A DNA stretch of 64,000 bases from Acidimicrobiia bacterium (GTDB lineage: Bacteria > Actinomycetota > Acidimicrobiia > Spongiisociales > ZC4RG35), in contig OZ244034.1 of NCBI GenBank assembly GCA_965215185.1, positions 2,304,001 to 2,368,000 on the forward strand. The letters run 5' to 3'. Numbering within the stretch: position 1 is the first letter of the stretch; each line of letters starts with the position of its first letter. A program made the translations under genes and the position numbers. The notes beneath the pieces are model-generated. The model was not told the DNA's origin, did no database searches, and worked only from the letters and a program-made list of their open reading frames with translations. Below, one piece after another: positions 9,280-19,965 of the stretch.

Positions 9280-10443
9280 ATGACACATGTCCCAGTAAAC
9301 CACATCACCTCGGACGCCGAGCGTGCCCGGCGATACGCCGCCTTACGAGAGGCCATGGCCGGCGCCGGCATGGATGCCTTCGTGATCTGTAGCCGCGGCG
9401 ACGAGTTCGTGCGGGGACGCGTCCAGTATGTCAGCGACATTTTTCAGTGGGCAGGACGCGGTTTTGTGGTTCTTCCCATGACGGGAGAGGCCACCTTCGT
9501 GACCGATCCCCTGTGGGGTACCGGGTTCGCTATGCAGGGACGGTGGTTGAACGATTACCGCCAGCCGGACGACGCCGGCACGGAGATCGGAGCGATCCTC
9601 TCCGATCATGGGCTGGCCAGCGGGACCATCGGAATAGTGGGACTGGCCGACATAACTTCTGTGGCCGATTACAACAGCATGCGAGCGGCCCTTCCCAACG
9701 CCAATCTGGTGGACGCCACCGACCTGTTCGACGACGTGCGGATCATCAAGAGCCAAGACGAGATCGACACCACCATCCACACCGGAAACATCATTCGCCG
9801 AGTGTTCAGTGCCTTGGAGGCAGAGATCCGGCCCGGAGTCCAGGAAGTGGACGTGCTGTCAGAGGCCCATCGCCTCGCTCGCCAGTTGGGCTGCCTAGAG
9901 GGGATCGCCCTGATGGGTCGCGCTCCTTTCGCCTGCTTCGGACCGGGAACCAACGGCGTGATCGAGAGAGACGACATCATCGTGATCGACTTGGAGTGGG
10001 GAGGCCCCATGGGCTATTGGGTCGAAGTTCGCCGGGTGTACAGCTTCAATCCTCCCACCGCCGTGCAGAAGGCTTTCTGGGAGATGCGAGTGGAAAGCTT
10101 CGAAGCTTGCGTGCAGGCCATGAAGGCCGGTGAGTCCTCTGACACGGTTCTCGACGCCCGCGATCGGGTCTACGACGCCTGGGGGTATTCGGCGATGGGC
10201 GCCAACTCCTACACCGCCCACGGCATCGGGGTCGACTCCCTGGAGCCACCCTGGGTACCCGGAAAAGAGCGGACCATGCAAGAGAACATGATCATCAACC
10301 TCCATCCGGCGATCGGTTTCTCGGACCCCGCGGTGGGGGCGGCGCTGGGCGGAATCAGCATCGCCGACAATGTCCTGGTCGGAGCCGACGGCGGAACCCG
10401 GATGGTCGATCAGACCGACGAATGGATCGTGCTCGACGCCTGA
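9280..10443 (+). CDS. M24 (Xaa-Pro peptidase/creatinase-like) hydrolase
   Basis: Creatinase-like N-domain, RIIKSQDEI, AHGIG; RBS AAGGAG before the ATG at 9280. Confidence 0.8.
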   Translation: MTHVPVNHITSDAERARRYAALREAMAGAGMDAFVICSRGDEFVRGRVQYVSDIFQWAGRGFVVLPMTGEATFVTDPLWGTGFAMQGRWLNDYRQPDDAGTEIGAILSDHGLASGTIGIVGLADITSVADYNSMRAALPNANLVDATDLFDDVRIIKSQDEIDTTIHTGNIIRRVFSALEAEIRPGVQEVDVLSEAHRLARQLGCLEGIALMGRAPFACFGPGTNGVIERDDIIVIDLEWGGPMGYWVEVRRVYSFNPPTAVQKAFWEMRVESFEACVQAMKAGESSDTVLDARDRVYDAWGYSAMGANSYTAHGIGVDSLEPPWVPGKERTMQENMIINLHPAIGFSDPAVGAALGGISIADNVLVGADGGTRMVDQTDEWIVLDA

Positions 10444-10542
10444 GCGCGGCTGACCGAGAAGCATTTCAAACTACAGAAGGCCGGGGCTCAGCGCCCCGGC
10501 CTTCCCAATTCTTGCCGAACGCCTGCGCCCAGCTACAGAAAT

Positions 10543-10910
10543 TCAGGCAATCGGATTCACCCAACGCAGTCCGGGAAACCGAGCAAAGTCCCAGTCAGCG
10601 GAGTACGACTCGGCGCCGTGCTCGATGGCTAACACCGCAAAATGAGCATCGGGAGTCAGATTCCCTCCGGTGCCTAGTGGCCCAAGTAAATCTCCCAACA
10701 CGAAGAGATGCCGCCTGGTCGGATGGACGACGGTGACGCATGGCTGTTCCAACCAGGACTCCACCACATCCAAGGATTCTTGAATTCCCATAGGATTTGG
10801 GAAGACCCGTGGCGAGGTTGACAGACGAAGAAAAGCTAGCAACACCGTCCAACTAAAGGCCACGGTCTCCACTCCCGACAGTGCTTCCGTCAACCAGGAA
10901 GCCGCTCTGA
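10543..10910 (-). pseudogene. vapC: VapC-type PIN toxin remnant lacking its N-terminus, no antitoxin
   Basis: WTVLLAFLRLST, GNLTPDAHFAVLAIEHG, SADWDFARFPGLRWVNP; first catalytic Asp region absent. Confidence 0.75.
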
Positions 10911-10913
10911 CCG

Positions 10914-12077
10914 CTAGTCGACCACCACTCGCCCGCTGATCAGACCCCTAGCGATCACCATGCGCATGATGTCGTTGGTGCCCTCTCCGATCACCAATAG
11001 GGGGGCATCGCGGTACAGACGCTCGATGTCCAGTTCTTGGCTGTAGCCCATTCCACCGTGGATCCGCATCGAATCCAAGGCATTGGTGCAGGCCACTTCC
11101 GAAGCGAAATACTTGGCCATCCCCGCCTCCATGTCGACACGCTTACCAAGATCGGCCTGGGAAGCCGCCCACCAGACTAGGAGCCTCGCCGCCTGCGTGT
11201 TGGTGGCCATCTCCGCCAGCTTCAACTGGATGGCCTGGAAACCTGAGATCTTGCGACCGAAGGCCTGGCGGGCGTTGGCATAGGCCAGAGCCTGGTTGTA
11301 GGCCTCCTGGGCAATCCCCACCGACCGGGCGGCGATGTTAATTCTTCCGATCTCGAGGCCGCTCATCACCTGCTTGAATCCCCTGCCCTCCACTCCCCCC
11401 ACCAGGTTCTCGACGGGTACCCGAACGTTGTCAAGCTGCACCTCGCAACTCTCGGTGCCCTTGTAACCCAGCTTGGGCAGATCCCGGCTCACCTCGAATC
11501 CGGGAGTTCCTTTCTCGACCAGGATCAGACTCAAGCCCCGATGCGCCGGTTGGGCGTCGGGATTGGTCTTCACCAGCACCGGCAGGGGGTCAGCGTAACG
11601 GGCATTGGTTATCCACAGCTTCGAACCACGGATCACATAGTGGTCCCCATCCCGGACTGCCCGGGTCTTGATGCCTTGCAGGTCGGTGCCGGCGTCAGGC
11701 TCGGTAAGGGCAATCCCGGTACGACGTTCCCCCGACGCCAGATCGGGCAGGAAGCGGTTCTTCTGTTCTTCGGTGCCGTGGCGGGCGATGATGAAACAGG
11801 AAAGGGAGTGGCTGCCCAGTATTCCCGCAATCCCCATCCAGCTTCGGGAGATCTCCTCGAAAACCAACGCGAGAGAAACAAAGTCGGCGCCCATCCCCCC
11901 GTACTCCTCGGGCACCGTGATGCCGAAGAGGCCCATCTGCTTCATCGATTCGACTATCTCGGTGGGGTATCTACCGGAGTGCTCCCATTCCTTCACCACT
12001 GGTCTGATCTCGTCGTCCACGAAACGACGCAATGTCTGTCGGAATAACTGGTGCTCGGGGCTGAGCTCGAAGTCCAA
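10914..12077 (-). CDS. Acyl-CoA dehydrogenase
   Basis: PEEYGG, ALTEPDAGTD, GSKLWITN, RQAFG, IHGGMGY, IGEGTNDI. Confidence 0.95.
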   Translation of the reverse strand: MDFELSPEHQLFRQTLRRFVDDEIRPVVKEWEHSGRYPTEIVESMKQMGLFGITVPEEYGGMGADFVSLALVFEEISRSWMGIAGILGSHSLSCFIIARHGTEEQKNRFLPDLASGERRTGIALTEPDAGTDLQGIKTRAVRDGDHYVIRGSKLWITNARYADPLPVLVKTNPDAQPAHRGLSLILVEKGTPGFEVSRDLPKLGYKGTESCEVQLDNVRVPVENLVGGVEGRGFKQVMSGLEIGRINIAARSVGIAQEAYNQALAYANARQAFGRKISGFQAIQLKLAEMATNTQAARLLVWWAASQADLGKRVDMEAGMAKYFASEVACTNALDSMRIHGGMGYSQELDIERLYRDAPLLVIGEGTNDIMRMVIARGLISGRVVVD

Positions 12078-12171
12078 GGCAATGCTCCCGTCTTAGGTTT
12101 TGTGATTCTGGCTTGTCAGTGGCGCCGGATGTGTGACGTCAACCATCTCTCATCCTAGGTCCGGGCGGGTC

Positions 12172-12456
12172 TCAATCCTCCTGCCCCGGCGCTTTCCCAA
12201 AGGCTCCGCCTGCCGAAAGTTCCTCCACCCGGGCATCCGAATAGCTCAAGAATTCCGTCACAATCGGCTCGCAGTTCTCCCTCGCCTCGGCGCCGCCCGG
12301 TAGGTCAACTCGGAAGGGTCTCCCTCGTACCGGACTGGCAGGCGACTCGATCTCTCCCCACAGATGAATGCACCGTCTTGACCCGCAGTTGGCGGTGCAG
12401 GGTGAGCGGAGCCTCCAGAGCTTGGGGAAAATGCGTATGTCCTCCAGAGGACGCAT
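12172..12456 (-). pseudogene. Probable class III CoA-transferase (CaiB/BaiF) remnant with internal deletion
   Basis: MRPLEDIRI N-terminus joined to a C-terminus-like SYSDARVEELSAGGAFG. Confidence 0.5.
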
Positions 12457-12669
12457 GGTCAAGACCCCTGACAGTTGCGCTGTTGCGAATGTCGGTTCGC
12501 GCATCGAACCACGAATCATCATGGGTATGTACCCGTGGCGTCGGGAAAGTCGGCTAACCACACCCCTTATGAGTGACATGATCTTTGGTGGGCCAGGTTT
12601 TGCGACCAGCGCCGGTTCCAACCAGACTCTTCACTCGATGACGACGATCCTCTCCGCCCCGGGTCGGGA

Positions 12670-13413
12670 ATGAGTCTGGGCAAAGCCCCCGAACCGGTCG
12701 CCGCCCGGATCACCGCCCGACTCGATCATGTCGCAGTGGCGGTCCCAGCCGCTGCAGAAGCCCTCGTGCGCTGGCGGGATACCTTGGGAGCGGGGTTTGC
12801 CGGGGGCACCCGGCGGGACGGATTCATAACCAGCCAGTGGCGTTATTGCAACGGCCCCAAGCTGGAGCTGATAGAACCCGACCCCGACTATCCAGCCGAA
12901 GATGTCTATCTAGCCGGCTTTTTGGGGAAGTTCGGCGCCCGTATCCACCATGTCACCCTCAAGGTCCCCAACTTGGAGCACACGGTGGACACCTTACGTT
13001 GCGCCGCGATCGAACCGATCGATATCAACCTGGAGCCCCTCTTTCACGAGGCTTTCATACGACCCCGGGATGGAGGGGGATTGCTCATCCAACTGTTGTG
13101 GACGGAGGTGGCTGATCACGAGTGGGAGAACGATCTGGATCTGGAAGTGATCCAGCCTCCTGACCATGGCGCCCACTTGGCGGCGGTGCGGCTGCGCCAT
13201 CCCGACCAAGAGAAAGCCGCCCGGTTTTGGACCATCTTGGGAGCAGACGTGACCCGGGAGCCACCGGGGCTGGTCGCCCGCTGGCCGGACTCGCCATTGG
13301 CGGTTCAGGTCGAACCGGGCCAGCCGGCCGGACCGGATTGCTTGCTCTTCGAAAACACCCCCTCGCTGCCACCCCACCCCCGGCTCGGACCGAAGGTTCA
13401 GGGAGAGGACTGA
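12670..13413 (+). CDS. VOC/glyoxalase family protein (methylmalonyl-CoA epimerase-like)
   Basis: LDHVAVAV, LELIEP, IHHVTLKV, AFIRPRDGGGLLIQL. Confidence 0.8.
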   Translation: MSLGKAPEPVAARITARLDHVAVAVPAAAEALVRWRDTLGAGFAGGTRRDGFITSQWRYCNGPKLELIEPDPDYPAEDVYLAGFLGKFGARIHHVTLKVPNLEHTVDTLRCAAIEPIDINLEPLFHEAFIRPRDGGGLLIQLLWTEVADHEWENDLDLEVIQPPDHGAHLAAVRLRHPDQEKAARFWTILGADVTREPPGLVARWPDSPLAVQVEPGQPAGPDCLLFENTPSLPPHPRLGPKVQGED

Positions 13414-13423
13414 ACAGCCCCAA

Positions 13424-14029
13424 CTATCCGGTGGCCAATCCCTCCCAAATCATGGCGGCGAAGGTGTCGGCCACCTCCTCGGCCGAGAGCTTGCCCTGCG
13501 GCGAGTACCACTGGTAGGCCCAGGCGCACATGCCAATCACACCCAAACTTGCCACCCGCGGCTGCAGATCGGCTCTGATTTGACCGGTTTGCTGGCCCCG
13601 CTGGATGACCCCGAAGAAGATGTCTTCTATTTGATCGCGCTTTTCTTTGACCTCGGCGAATCCCTCCTCGGACAGGAACCGACGCTCGCCGAGGAATACC
13701 GCCACATGTGACCGGTATTGCTCAACGGCTTCCACCGCGGTTGTGATCAGCCCTCGCAGTTGTTCGCCGGGATCGTCGGTGGTGCCCAACACCGTTTGCA
13801 CCGCCGCCAACTGATGATCGATGTACTCGTCATGAATGACCCGAAGCAGCTCTTCCTTGCTGATGAAGTGGTAATAGAAGGCTCCCTTGGTCAGGCCGGC
13901 GTCATCAACGATCGACTGCACCGAGGTGGCCGCGAACCCGTTGCGCTCGAACAGGGTGCGGGCGCTGGACACCAGCGCCTGACGGGTGGCGGTGGTCGAG
14001 TACTTCCTCTTGCTCTCGGGCACTGACAC
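13424..14029 (-). CDS. TetR family regulator (KstR2-like)
   Basis: LFERNGFAATSVQSIVDDAGLTKGAFYYHFISKEELL; IGMCAWAYQWY. Confidence 0.92.
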   Translation of the reverse strand: MSVPESKRKYSTTATRQALVSSARTLFERNGFAATSVQSIVDDAGLTKGAFYYHFISKEELLRVIHDEYIDHQLAAVQTVLGTTDDPGEQLRGLITTAVEAVEQYRSHVAVFLGERRFLSEEGFAEVKEKRDQIEDIFFGVIQRGQQTGQIRADLQPRVASLGVIGMCAWAYQWYSPQGKLSAEEVADTFAAMIWEGLATG

Positions 14030-14039
14030 TGACTGGACT

Positions 14040-15605
14040 TTACCCGGCCGAAATCGGGGTTTCCCCGGCCTGGGCCAACCTGCTCTTGTTTTCCCGTTCC
14101 TTGAGGACGGTTTTGAGCACCTTGCCGGTGGGATTGCGGGGCAACTCGTCCATAAACTCCACATAGCGCGGCATCTTGAAGCTGGCCAGATGCCCTCGGC
14201 AGTGGGAGATCAACTGATCGGCGGTGAGTTCCATTCCCTTGTGTAATACCACAAACGCCTTGGGAGTCTCGACCCACTTGGGGTGCGGAACACCTATCAC
14301 CGCCGCTTCATACACGGCCGGGTGCTGGTAGATGGTCTCTTCGATCTCAGAACTGGCGATATTCTCGCCGCCGCTTCGGATCATGTCTTTCAGCCGGTCG
14401 ATCACATACAGGTACCCATCCTCGTCGAAGCGGCCTATGTCTCCGGAATGGAACCACCCGTTGCGATGGGCGGCAGCGGTCGCCACAGGATCCCTCCAGT
14501 AGCCGGGCCCGACGGTGGGACCGCGCATCACGATCTCTCCCAACTCACCCACCGGCACCGGGGCCCCGGACTCGTCCACCACCCGGATGTCCACCCGGGG
14601 CATGGGTCGCCCCACCGAACCGGTCTTGGAAAGCATGTGAGCCTCATCCAGATAGGACACCCCGTTGCAGGTTTCGGTCATTCCGTAGCCTTCGATCAGG
14701 CGGGCTTTGGGAAACACCTCGCGGGTCTCGTGGTATAAAGACTCTGGCACTTGGCTGAAGATCAGCCACTTGACAGAGTTGGTGTCGAAGTCCTTGCGGT
14801 CCTCCAGTTTCCTGATCAGATGCACCATGGTGGCCACCATCACCATCCCGGTGATCCGCTCCCTGCTTACCACCTCCAAGATCCGCCGCGCGTCGAACCG
14901 CCGCAGAAGGATCATGGTGGCCCCCACATACCAGGTGCCAAAGCCGGGGATGTCCAGCCCGCCCACATGATATAGAGGTGCGAAGTTGAGGATCCGGTCA
15001 TCGCGGGTGAGTCCCAACTCCACCACTTGGGCGTCCATATTGGCGTTGGAGTTTCCGTGGGTGATCATGGCCCCCTTGGGACGGCTGGTGGTGCCCGAGG
15101 TGTACAGGATCCGCTGCAGATCGTCATCGCTTCTGGCCACAGTTTTCACTCGAGCCCCGGCGTGGGCCTCCAGTAGTTGGTGATAACCAATCCAGCCTTC
15201 GGGAACCGTGGGAGTGAGCGAAAGCAGGTGTCGCACTTCGGACAGACCTGCGCAGATAGGGGAAACCGCCTCGAAGAACTCGTCTTCGCTGGCGACAGCT
15301 ACCGCTCCCGCGTGCCCGAGCAGATAGTCGAGTTCTCTTTGGTGAAGACCGGTGTTGAGAGGAAGGAACACGCCTCCGATCTTGGCCACCGCCAGGGTGG
15401 TGATCAGATAGGCGGGACAGTTGCGGGCCACCAACGCCAGCATGTCATCCTCTCCCAAGCCAATCGAGAGCAACCCGGCGGCTAGCGCATTCACTTCATC
15501 GTCGAGCTGCGCATAGGTCCACTCCTGGTCTTCGAAGATCAGAGCGGTCCTGGTCTCGTGGCGATACCGATTCCAGTCCAGGATTTGGGCCAGGTTGGCG
15601 GTCAT
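14040..15605 (-). CDS. Acyl-CoA synthetase (AMP-forming)
   Basis: YTSGTTSRPKG, EGYGMTE, HSGDIG, RNPTGKVLK. Confidence 0.95.
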   Translation of the reverse strand: MTANLAQILDWNRYRHETRTALIFEDQEWTYAQLDDEVNALAAGLLSIGLGEDDMLALVARNCPAYLITTLAVAKIGGVFLPLNTGLHQRELDYLLGHAGAVAVASEDEFFEAVSPICAGLSEVRHLLSLTPTVPEGWIGYHQLLEAHAGARVKTVARSDDDLQRILYTSGTTSRPKGAMITHGNSNANMDAQVVELGLTRDDRILNFAPLYHVGGLDIPGFGTWYVGATMILLRRFDARRILEVVSRERITGMVMVATMVHLIRKLEDRKDFDTNSVKWLIFSQVPESLYHETREVFPKARLIEGYGMTETCNGVSYLDEAHMLSKTGSVGRPMPRVDIRVVDESGAPVPVGELGEIVMRGPTVGPGYWRDPVATAAAHRNGWFHSGDIGRFDEDGYLYVIDRLKDMIRSGGENIASSEIEETIYQHPAVYEAAVIGVPHPKWVETPKAFVVLHKGMELTADQLISHCRGHLASFKMPRYVEFMDELPRNPTGKVLKTVLKERENKSRLAQAGETPISAG

Positions 15606-15618
15606 GCTTGCGCCCCCA

Positions 15619-16794
15619 TCAGTAAGCAGCCTCCAATAGCGCGGTGACTTCGGATAGCGAGTTTACCGGCCGGGGATTGTTCTTCACCACCATGTCCTCC
15701 ATCGCGGATCTGGCCACCGACCTCAAATCCGAGCGGTCGACACCCAACTCGCGGATCCTGGTTGGCAAACCCAAACCGGCTACGAATTCTTTCAACAACG
15801 AAGCGGCCGATTCGGCCCTGGCGTATTCATCGCCCCGGGCGCCCAGGATCTCCCCTATCCGGGCTTGGGGCGCCACCGTGTGCTCCAGATTGAATCGCAT
15901 CACTTCCGGCAGCAATACGCAGGAGGTCATGCCATGCGGAACATTGCACCAGGCGCCGAGTTGGTGACCGAGGCCGTGACTCAACCCCGACATCACATTG
16001 ACAATTCCAAAGAAGGACTCCCATGCTCCCACCTGACACTGGGCGCGCGCTTCGGCGTTTTGGGGGTTGGCCACCGAGATGGGCAGGTTGTGAACCAGGC
16101 GGCGCAATCCGTCCAGACACAGGGCATCGGTGACAGGCTGGGCCGAAATGGAATAGAGGGACTCCACACAGTGGTCGACCGCCCGAATCCCGGTGGAGGC
16201 CCACAACCACTGGGGGGTGCTCACGGTCAACTCCGGATCAAGCACAATCACCTTGGGCGTCACCGGCCGTTGCAGATAGATGTGTTTGATGCGCTGGTGG
16301 GTAACGCCGAACCCGTGCGTGTACTCACCTGCCGACAGCGTGGTGGGCAGGGTAACTATCGGCGGCGGCGTACCTCTCATCTCTGGCATACGCACCGTGT
16401 CCGGATACCGAAACTCGATCCGCATCTGTTCCAGCCCGTGGGCGTCCGTGATGTCTTCGGCCAGGCACATTGCCACGGCCTTGGCCAAGTCGGCAATACT
16501 GCTGCCGCCCAGCGCCAAGAGTCCGTCGGCCTCCAGGCGGCGCGCCATCTGGGTGGCCTCCAGAACATTGCGCCGGGGAACATGCTGGCTGCTGCGGCTA
16601 TAGGTCCCCACCCGCCGGGAGCCCACCAACTGCTTGACCCGCTCGGCCAGCGGGGTCTTCTCGGACACACTGGGAGTGGTCAGAAGCAACCATCGGCTGC
16701 CCAGTCGATCCAACTCGTCGCTGAGCCACGCGACGCTCCCGGCGCCGAAGACCACCCGATCGATGGGAAGAATGTCGTAGGTTCGGGGACGCAT
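15619..16794 (-). CDS. Iron-containing alcohol dehydrogenase / maleylacetate reductase family
   Basis: LGGSS, PTTLSAGE, LDPEL, DHCVE, SHGLGH, PHG. Confidence 0.88.
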   Translation of the reverse strand: MRPRTYDILPIDRVVFGAGSVAWLSDELDRLGSRWLLLTTPSVSEKTPLAERVKQLVGSRRVGTYSRSSQHVPRRNVLEATQMARRLEADGLLALGGSSIADLAKAVAMCLAEDITDAHGLEQMRIEFRYPDTVRMPEMRGTPPPIVTLPTTLSAGEYTHGFGVTHQRIKHIYLQRPVTPKVIVLDPELTVSTPQWLWASTGIRAVDHCVESLYSISAQPVTDALCLDGLRRLVHNLPISVANPQNAEARAQCQVGAWESFFGIVNVMSGLSHGLGHQLGAWCNVPHGMTSCVLLPEVMRFNLEHTVAPQARIGEILGARGDEYARAESAASLLKEFVAGLGLPTRIRELGVDRSDLRSVARSAMEDMVVKNNPRPVNSLSEVTALLEAAY

Positions 16795-16810
16795 GGCGGG
16801 TGGGACCGTC

Positions 16811-17794
16811 CTAAACCCCGGCCAAGGCGGGCGCCACTTCTGCGCCCAACAGCCGAATGGTCCGCTCCGCTATCGACGGATCCATCCCCATCCACTCCAC
16901 CCGGCACATGATCTCGGTCACCCCCGCCTCCTCCCCATAGGCGCGGCAACGGGCGATCACCTGATCCGGGTCGCCGATCACCGCATGCTCCGCCAGGGCG
17001 TTCTTGGCCGTTAGCTGCTCGGCTGAATCCCAGGACCGGTAGCCCCGGTATTGACGGGCCAGATGAGGCCAAACCGCCTCGATGGCGGCATCGCTGCTCT
17101 CGGCCACCGCCACTTCCCTGGCCAGCGGGTAGGCGCGGTCCTCGGAGTGGCCCCACCGACGAAGCGCCGCCCGAAAGATCTCGAAACGCTCCGCCACCAC
17201 GGAAACGCTTCCGTCGGGAGTGCCAAACCAGGATGCGTCCAACCGGGCCGCTCGCTGGATACCTTTGGGTCCGAAGGCGCCCATCCAGACTTGCGGGCCA
17301 CCGGATTGGACCGGTCTCAGATGCACTTTTGCCCGGTCGGTCTTTCCCCAGTCCTCGTCGTATGCGACGGTCTCTCCCTTCCACAGCGCCCGCATCAGCG
17401 CCAGATACTTCTCGAAGCGCTGATTACGGTGAGCCCACGGAATTCCCAGCGCCTCGTACTCCGCTCGCCGGTATCCCACTCCGAACCCAGCCGTCAACCG
17501 GCCCCCGCACAGCACATCCAGGGTGGCCAACTCCTCGGCCAGCGCCAGTGGATGGTGCAGCGTCGCCAGATAGATACCCAGCCCGATCCGGATCCGGTCG
17601 GTCAGGGCGGCCAGATATGAAGCGGTTGGCAAAGGTTGGAAGAACTGGGAGGAGGCAAGATAGTGGTGCCCCAAAAAGACCGTCTCAAATCCCAGGGATT
17701 CGGCCAATTGGGCTTGATGGGCGACAACCCGCAGACGCTCGGCGGGTGACTCACCGAGGTCGGCTTGGGCGGATAGAAAGAGGCTGAGGCGCAC
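16811..17794 (-). CDS. LLM (luciferase-like) flavin-dependent oxidoreductase
   Basis: GFETVFLGHHY, HPLALAEELATLDVLCGGR, GVGYRRAEY. Confidence 0.9.
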   Translation of the reverse strand: MRLSLFLSAQADLGESPAERLRVVAHQAQLAESLGFETVFLGHHYLASSQFFQPLPTASYLAALTDRIRIGLGIYLATLHHPLALAEELATLDVLCGGRLTAGFGVGYRRAEYEALGIPWAHRNQRFEKYLALMRALWKGETVAYDEDWGKTDRAKVHLRPVQSGGPQVWMGAFGPKGIQRAARLDASWFGTPDGSVSVVAERFEIFRAALRRWGHSEDRAYPLAREVAVAESSDAAIEAVWPHLARQYRGYRSWDSAEQLTAKNALAEHAVIGDPDQVIARCRAYGEEAGVTEIMCRVEWMGMDPSIAERTIRLLGAEVAPALAGV

Positions 17795-17798
17795 CGGA

Positions 17799-18317
17799 TC
17801 AGCCGGGAGAACGAAGGTAGTCGCCCCGGAAGAACCCCAGGGCAGGAACCTCCGTGTCCTCGAAATCCAGCCGTTCCACTTCTCCGAGATAGATGACGTG
17901 GTCCCCTCCGGGAATCGTCTGCACCACCCGGCACTCGAACCGCGCCAGATAATCGTCCAACAGCGGCACGCCACCCACTCCCGGTGTCCAGGAAACTCCC
18001 TTCAGCTTCTCGGTCCCGGAGAGGTCTCCTTTGGCAAACCGTCGACACACCTGTTCCTGATGGGCGCCGAGAATGTGGACCGCGTAGCGTCCCGAACTCT
18101 CCAGAGCCCGATAACTGCTGGCGCCCAGGTCGACCGAGATCAATACCAAGGGAGGACGAAGCGATACCGAGGTGAAAGAGTTGGCCGCCAATCCGGCCGG
18201 ACCGGTCTCCTCATCGATGCTGGTGACAATGGTCACCCCGGTCATGAACTGCCCGCAGGCCCTTCGGAAATTCAGGGTGTCGAATTCGGGCGCCGAGGGT
18301 GTACCGTCTGTTTTCAT
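17799..18317 (-). CDS. Flavin reductase
   Basis: FMTGVTIVT, ANSFTSVSLRPPLV, GGDHVIYLGEV. Confidence 0.93.
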   Translation of the reverse strand: MKTDGTPSAPEFDTLNFRRACGQFMTGVTIVTSIDEETGPAGLAANSFTSVSLRPPLVLISVDLGASSYRALESSGRYAVHILGAHQEQVCRRFAKGDLSGTEKLKGVSWTPGVGGVPLLDDYLARFECRVVQTIPGGDHVIYLGEVERLDFEDTEVPALGFFRGDYLRSPG

Positions 18318-18334
18318 ACCAATCGGTTTGAATT

Positions 18335-19075
18335 CTATACTCCGCCGCCGAGACGTTCTCGGGCTTCGGCGGAACGAATCGTGGCCAATGCCGCTTCCGC
18401 CACCTTACCCTCCACCACCCTGGGCGCAGCATTGGACACCTCCACGGCCAACCTTTTAGTGGATCGCACCACAGAAGGCGACAACTTCGCCAACCTATCG
18501 ACCAGCACGCGCCTTTCTCCAGCGTCGGCCACCATGCCGACCATTCCCATCGCCAATGCCTGATCGGCGGGGATTGCAGCAGCGGGCAGCACCGACAACA
18601 AGGCAGCCCCTACCCCCAAAGAGTCCACCAGAGCCGGAAGCACCACCGCCGGGACCACACCCAATTCCGCCTCGGGAAAGTAAAAGCGAGCGTCGGGATC
18701 AGCCACCGCCAGGTCCGCCGAGACGGCCAGCGCCGCCCCGAACCCGATGGCGCTTCCCTGCACCAAAGCCACGGTGAATTGAGGGATCTCCCCCAGCAGA
18801 CGCAGCAAACGAACGTTGTCCACCATATAGGACATCACCTCTTGGTCGGAGGCAGCGGACAAACGGCCAAACTCCGACAGGTCCCACCCGGCGCAAAAGT
18901 GGTCGCCCGAACCTTCCAGCACCACCATCGCCACATCGTCCCGGCTGGCGATCCCTTCCAGAACGGCGGACAGCGCGTGACCGGTGTCCTGATCCACCGC
19001 GTTGCGGCGATGAGGGCGATCAATAAGGACACGGGCCAATGGGCCAGAGTAGCTGGTCTTAACAGAAGAGGTCAT
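18335..19075 (-). CDS. Enoyl-CoA hydratase/isomerase
   Basis: RRNAV, FCAGWDL, AIGFG, PEAELG. Confidence 0.88.
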   Translation of the reverse strand: MTSSVKTSYSGPLARVLIDRPHRRNAVDQDTGHALSAVLEGIASRDDVAMVVLEGSGDHFCAGWDLSEFGRLSAASDQEVMSYMVDNVRLLRLLGEIPQFTVALVQGSAIGFGAALAVSADLAVADPDARFYFPEAELGVVPAVVLPALVDSLGVGAALLSVLPAAAIPADQALAMGMVGMVADAGERRVLVDRLAKLSPSVVRSTKRLAVEVSNAAPRVVEGKVAEAALATIRSAEARERLGGGV

Positions 19076-19120
19076 ATTCTCCCAACCCTTTGGGTGACGG
19101 TTAACCTATTTCTTGAGTTG

Positions 19121-19954
19121 ATGTCAAAGGAATATACGGACTTGTCCCCAACCGCAAGAATGTTGAATGCTCCCCTGCATGTCGAGCAGCGCCCCAACTC
19201 TTGTTGGCTTCGGATGAACCGGCCTGAATCCGCCAATGCCCTCTCTCCCGATCTGATCGCCGCCATCGACCTGGCCCTCACCCAAGCCCAATCCCGCCCC
19301 GACACCAGAGCCGTGGTAATCACCGGCGTCGGCTCTGCCTTCTGCGGGGGAGCGGACGTGGCTGTAGCCGGGGCCATGCTGGACCGAAAGCAACTCGAAC
19401 ATCTGGCCGCCTACATGGAAGAGGCCAACAACCTCCTGGACCGGATCGAGGACTTCCCCCTGCCGGTCATCGCGGCGGTGAACGGTGCGGCCTTCGCAGG
19501 AGGTCTGGAGTTGGTGCTGGCCTGCGACCTGGCAGTTGCCGCCTCCACGGCTCCCATTGGGGATGCCCACGCTCGCCACGGCTTCGTGCCAGCCTGGGGA
19601 GCAAGCTGGAGGCTTCCCGCCGCCCTGGGCCCCGCCCGCGCCGGGCGGTTGATGTTGACCGGCGCCGCCCTTGTCGCCGCCGACCTTCCGGAGATGTTCG
19701 CTGCAGTGGTTGCGCCTCACGATCTGGAGAGAGAAGTGATGACGCTGATCGGAGAAATCGCCCTGTCCAGCCCAACGGCCATCACCGAGATCAAAAGGCT
19801 CTTGGTCTCCGATCGCTCCGCCCGGGCCGCATCCCGCCAACGGGAATGGAAGGCCCTGGGGCGGCAATTGGGAACTGCGGATCTGGCCGAGGGATTTGCC
19901 GCTTTCAGAACCGGCCGCCGTCCCGTTTTCACTCGCTCTTCCGACGTACCCTAA
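19121..19954 (+). CDS. Enoyl-CoA hydratase/isomerase (start 19121 or 19160)
   Basis: NRPESANAL, FCGGAD, VNGAAFAGGLELVLACD. Confidence 0.88.
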   Translation: MSKEYTDLSPTARMLNAPLHVEQRPNSCWLRMNRPESANALSPDLIAAIDLALTQAQSRPDTRAVVITGVGSAFCGGADVAVAGAMLDRKQLEHLAAYMEEANNLLDRIEDFPLPVIAAVNGAAFAGGLELVLACDLAVAASTAPIGDAHARHGFVPAWGASWRLPAALGPARAGRLMLTGAALVAADLPEMFAAVVAPHDLEREVMTLIGEIALSSPTAITEIKRLLVSDRSARAASRQREWKALGRQLGTADLAEGFAAFRTGRRPVFTRSSDVP

Positions 19955-19965
19955 CCTCAACGCCC

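Noticed and set aside
9075-9280. Cobalamin riboswitch upstream of the corrinoid operon
   Set aside because: No recognisable B12-box elements
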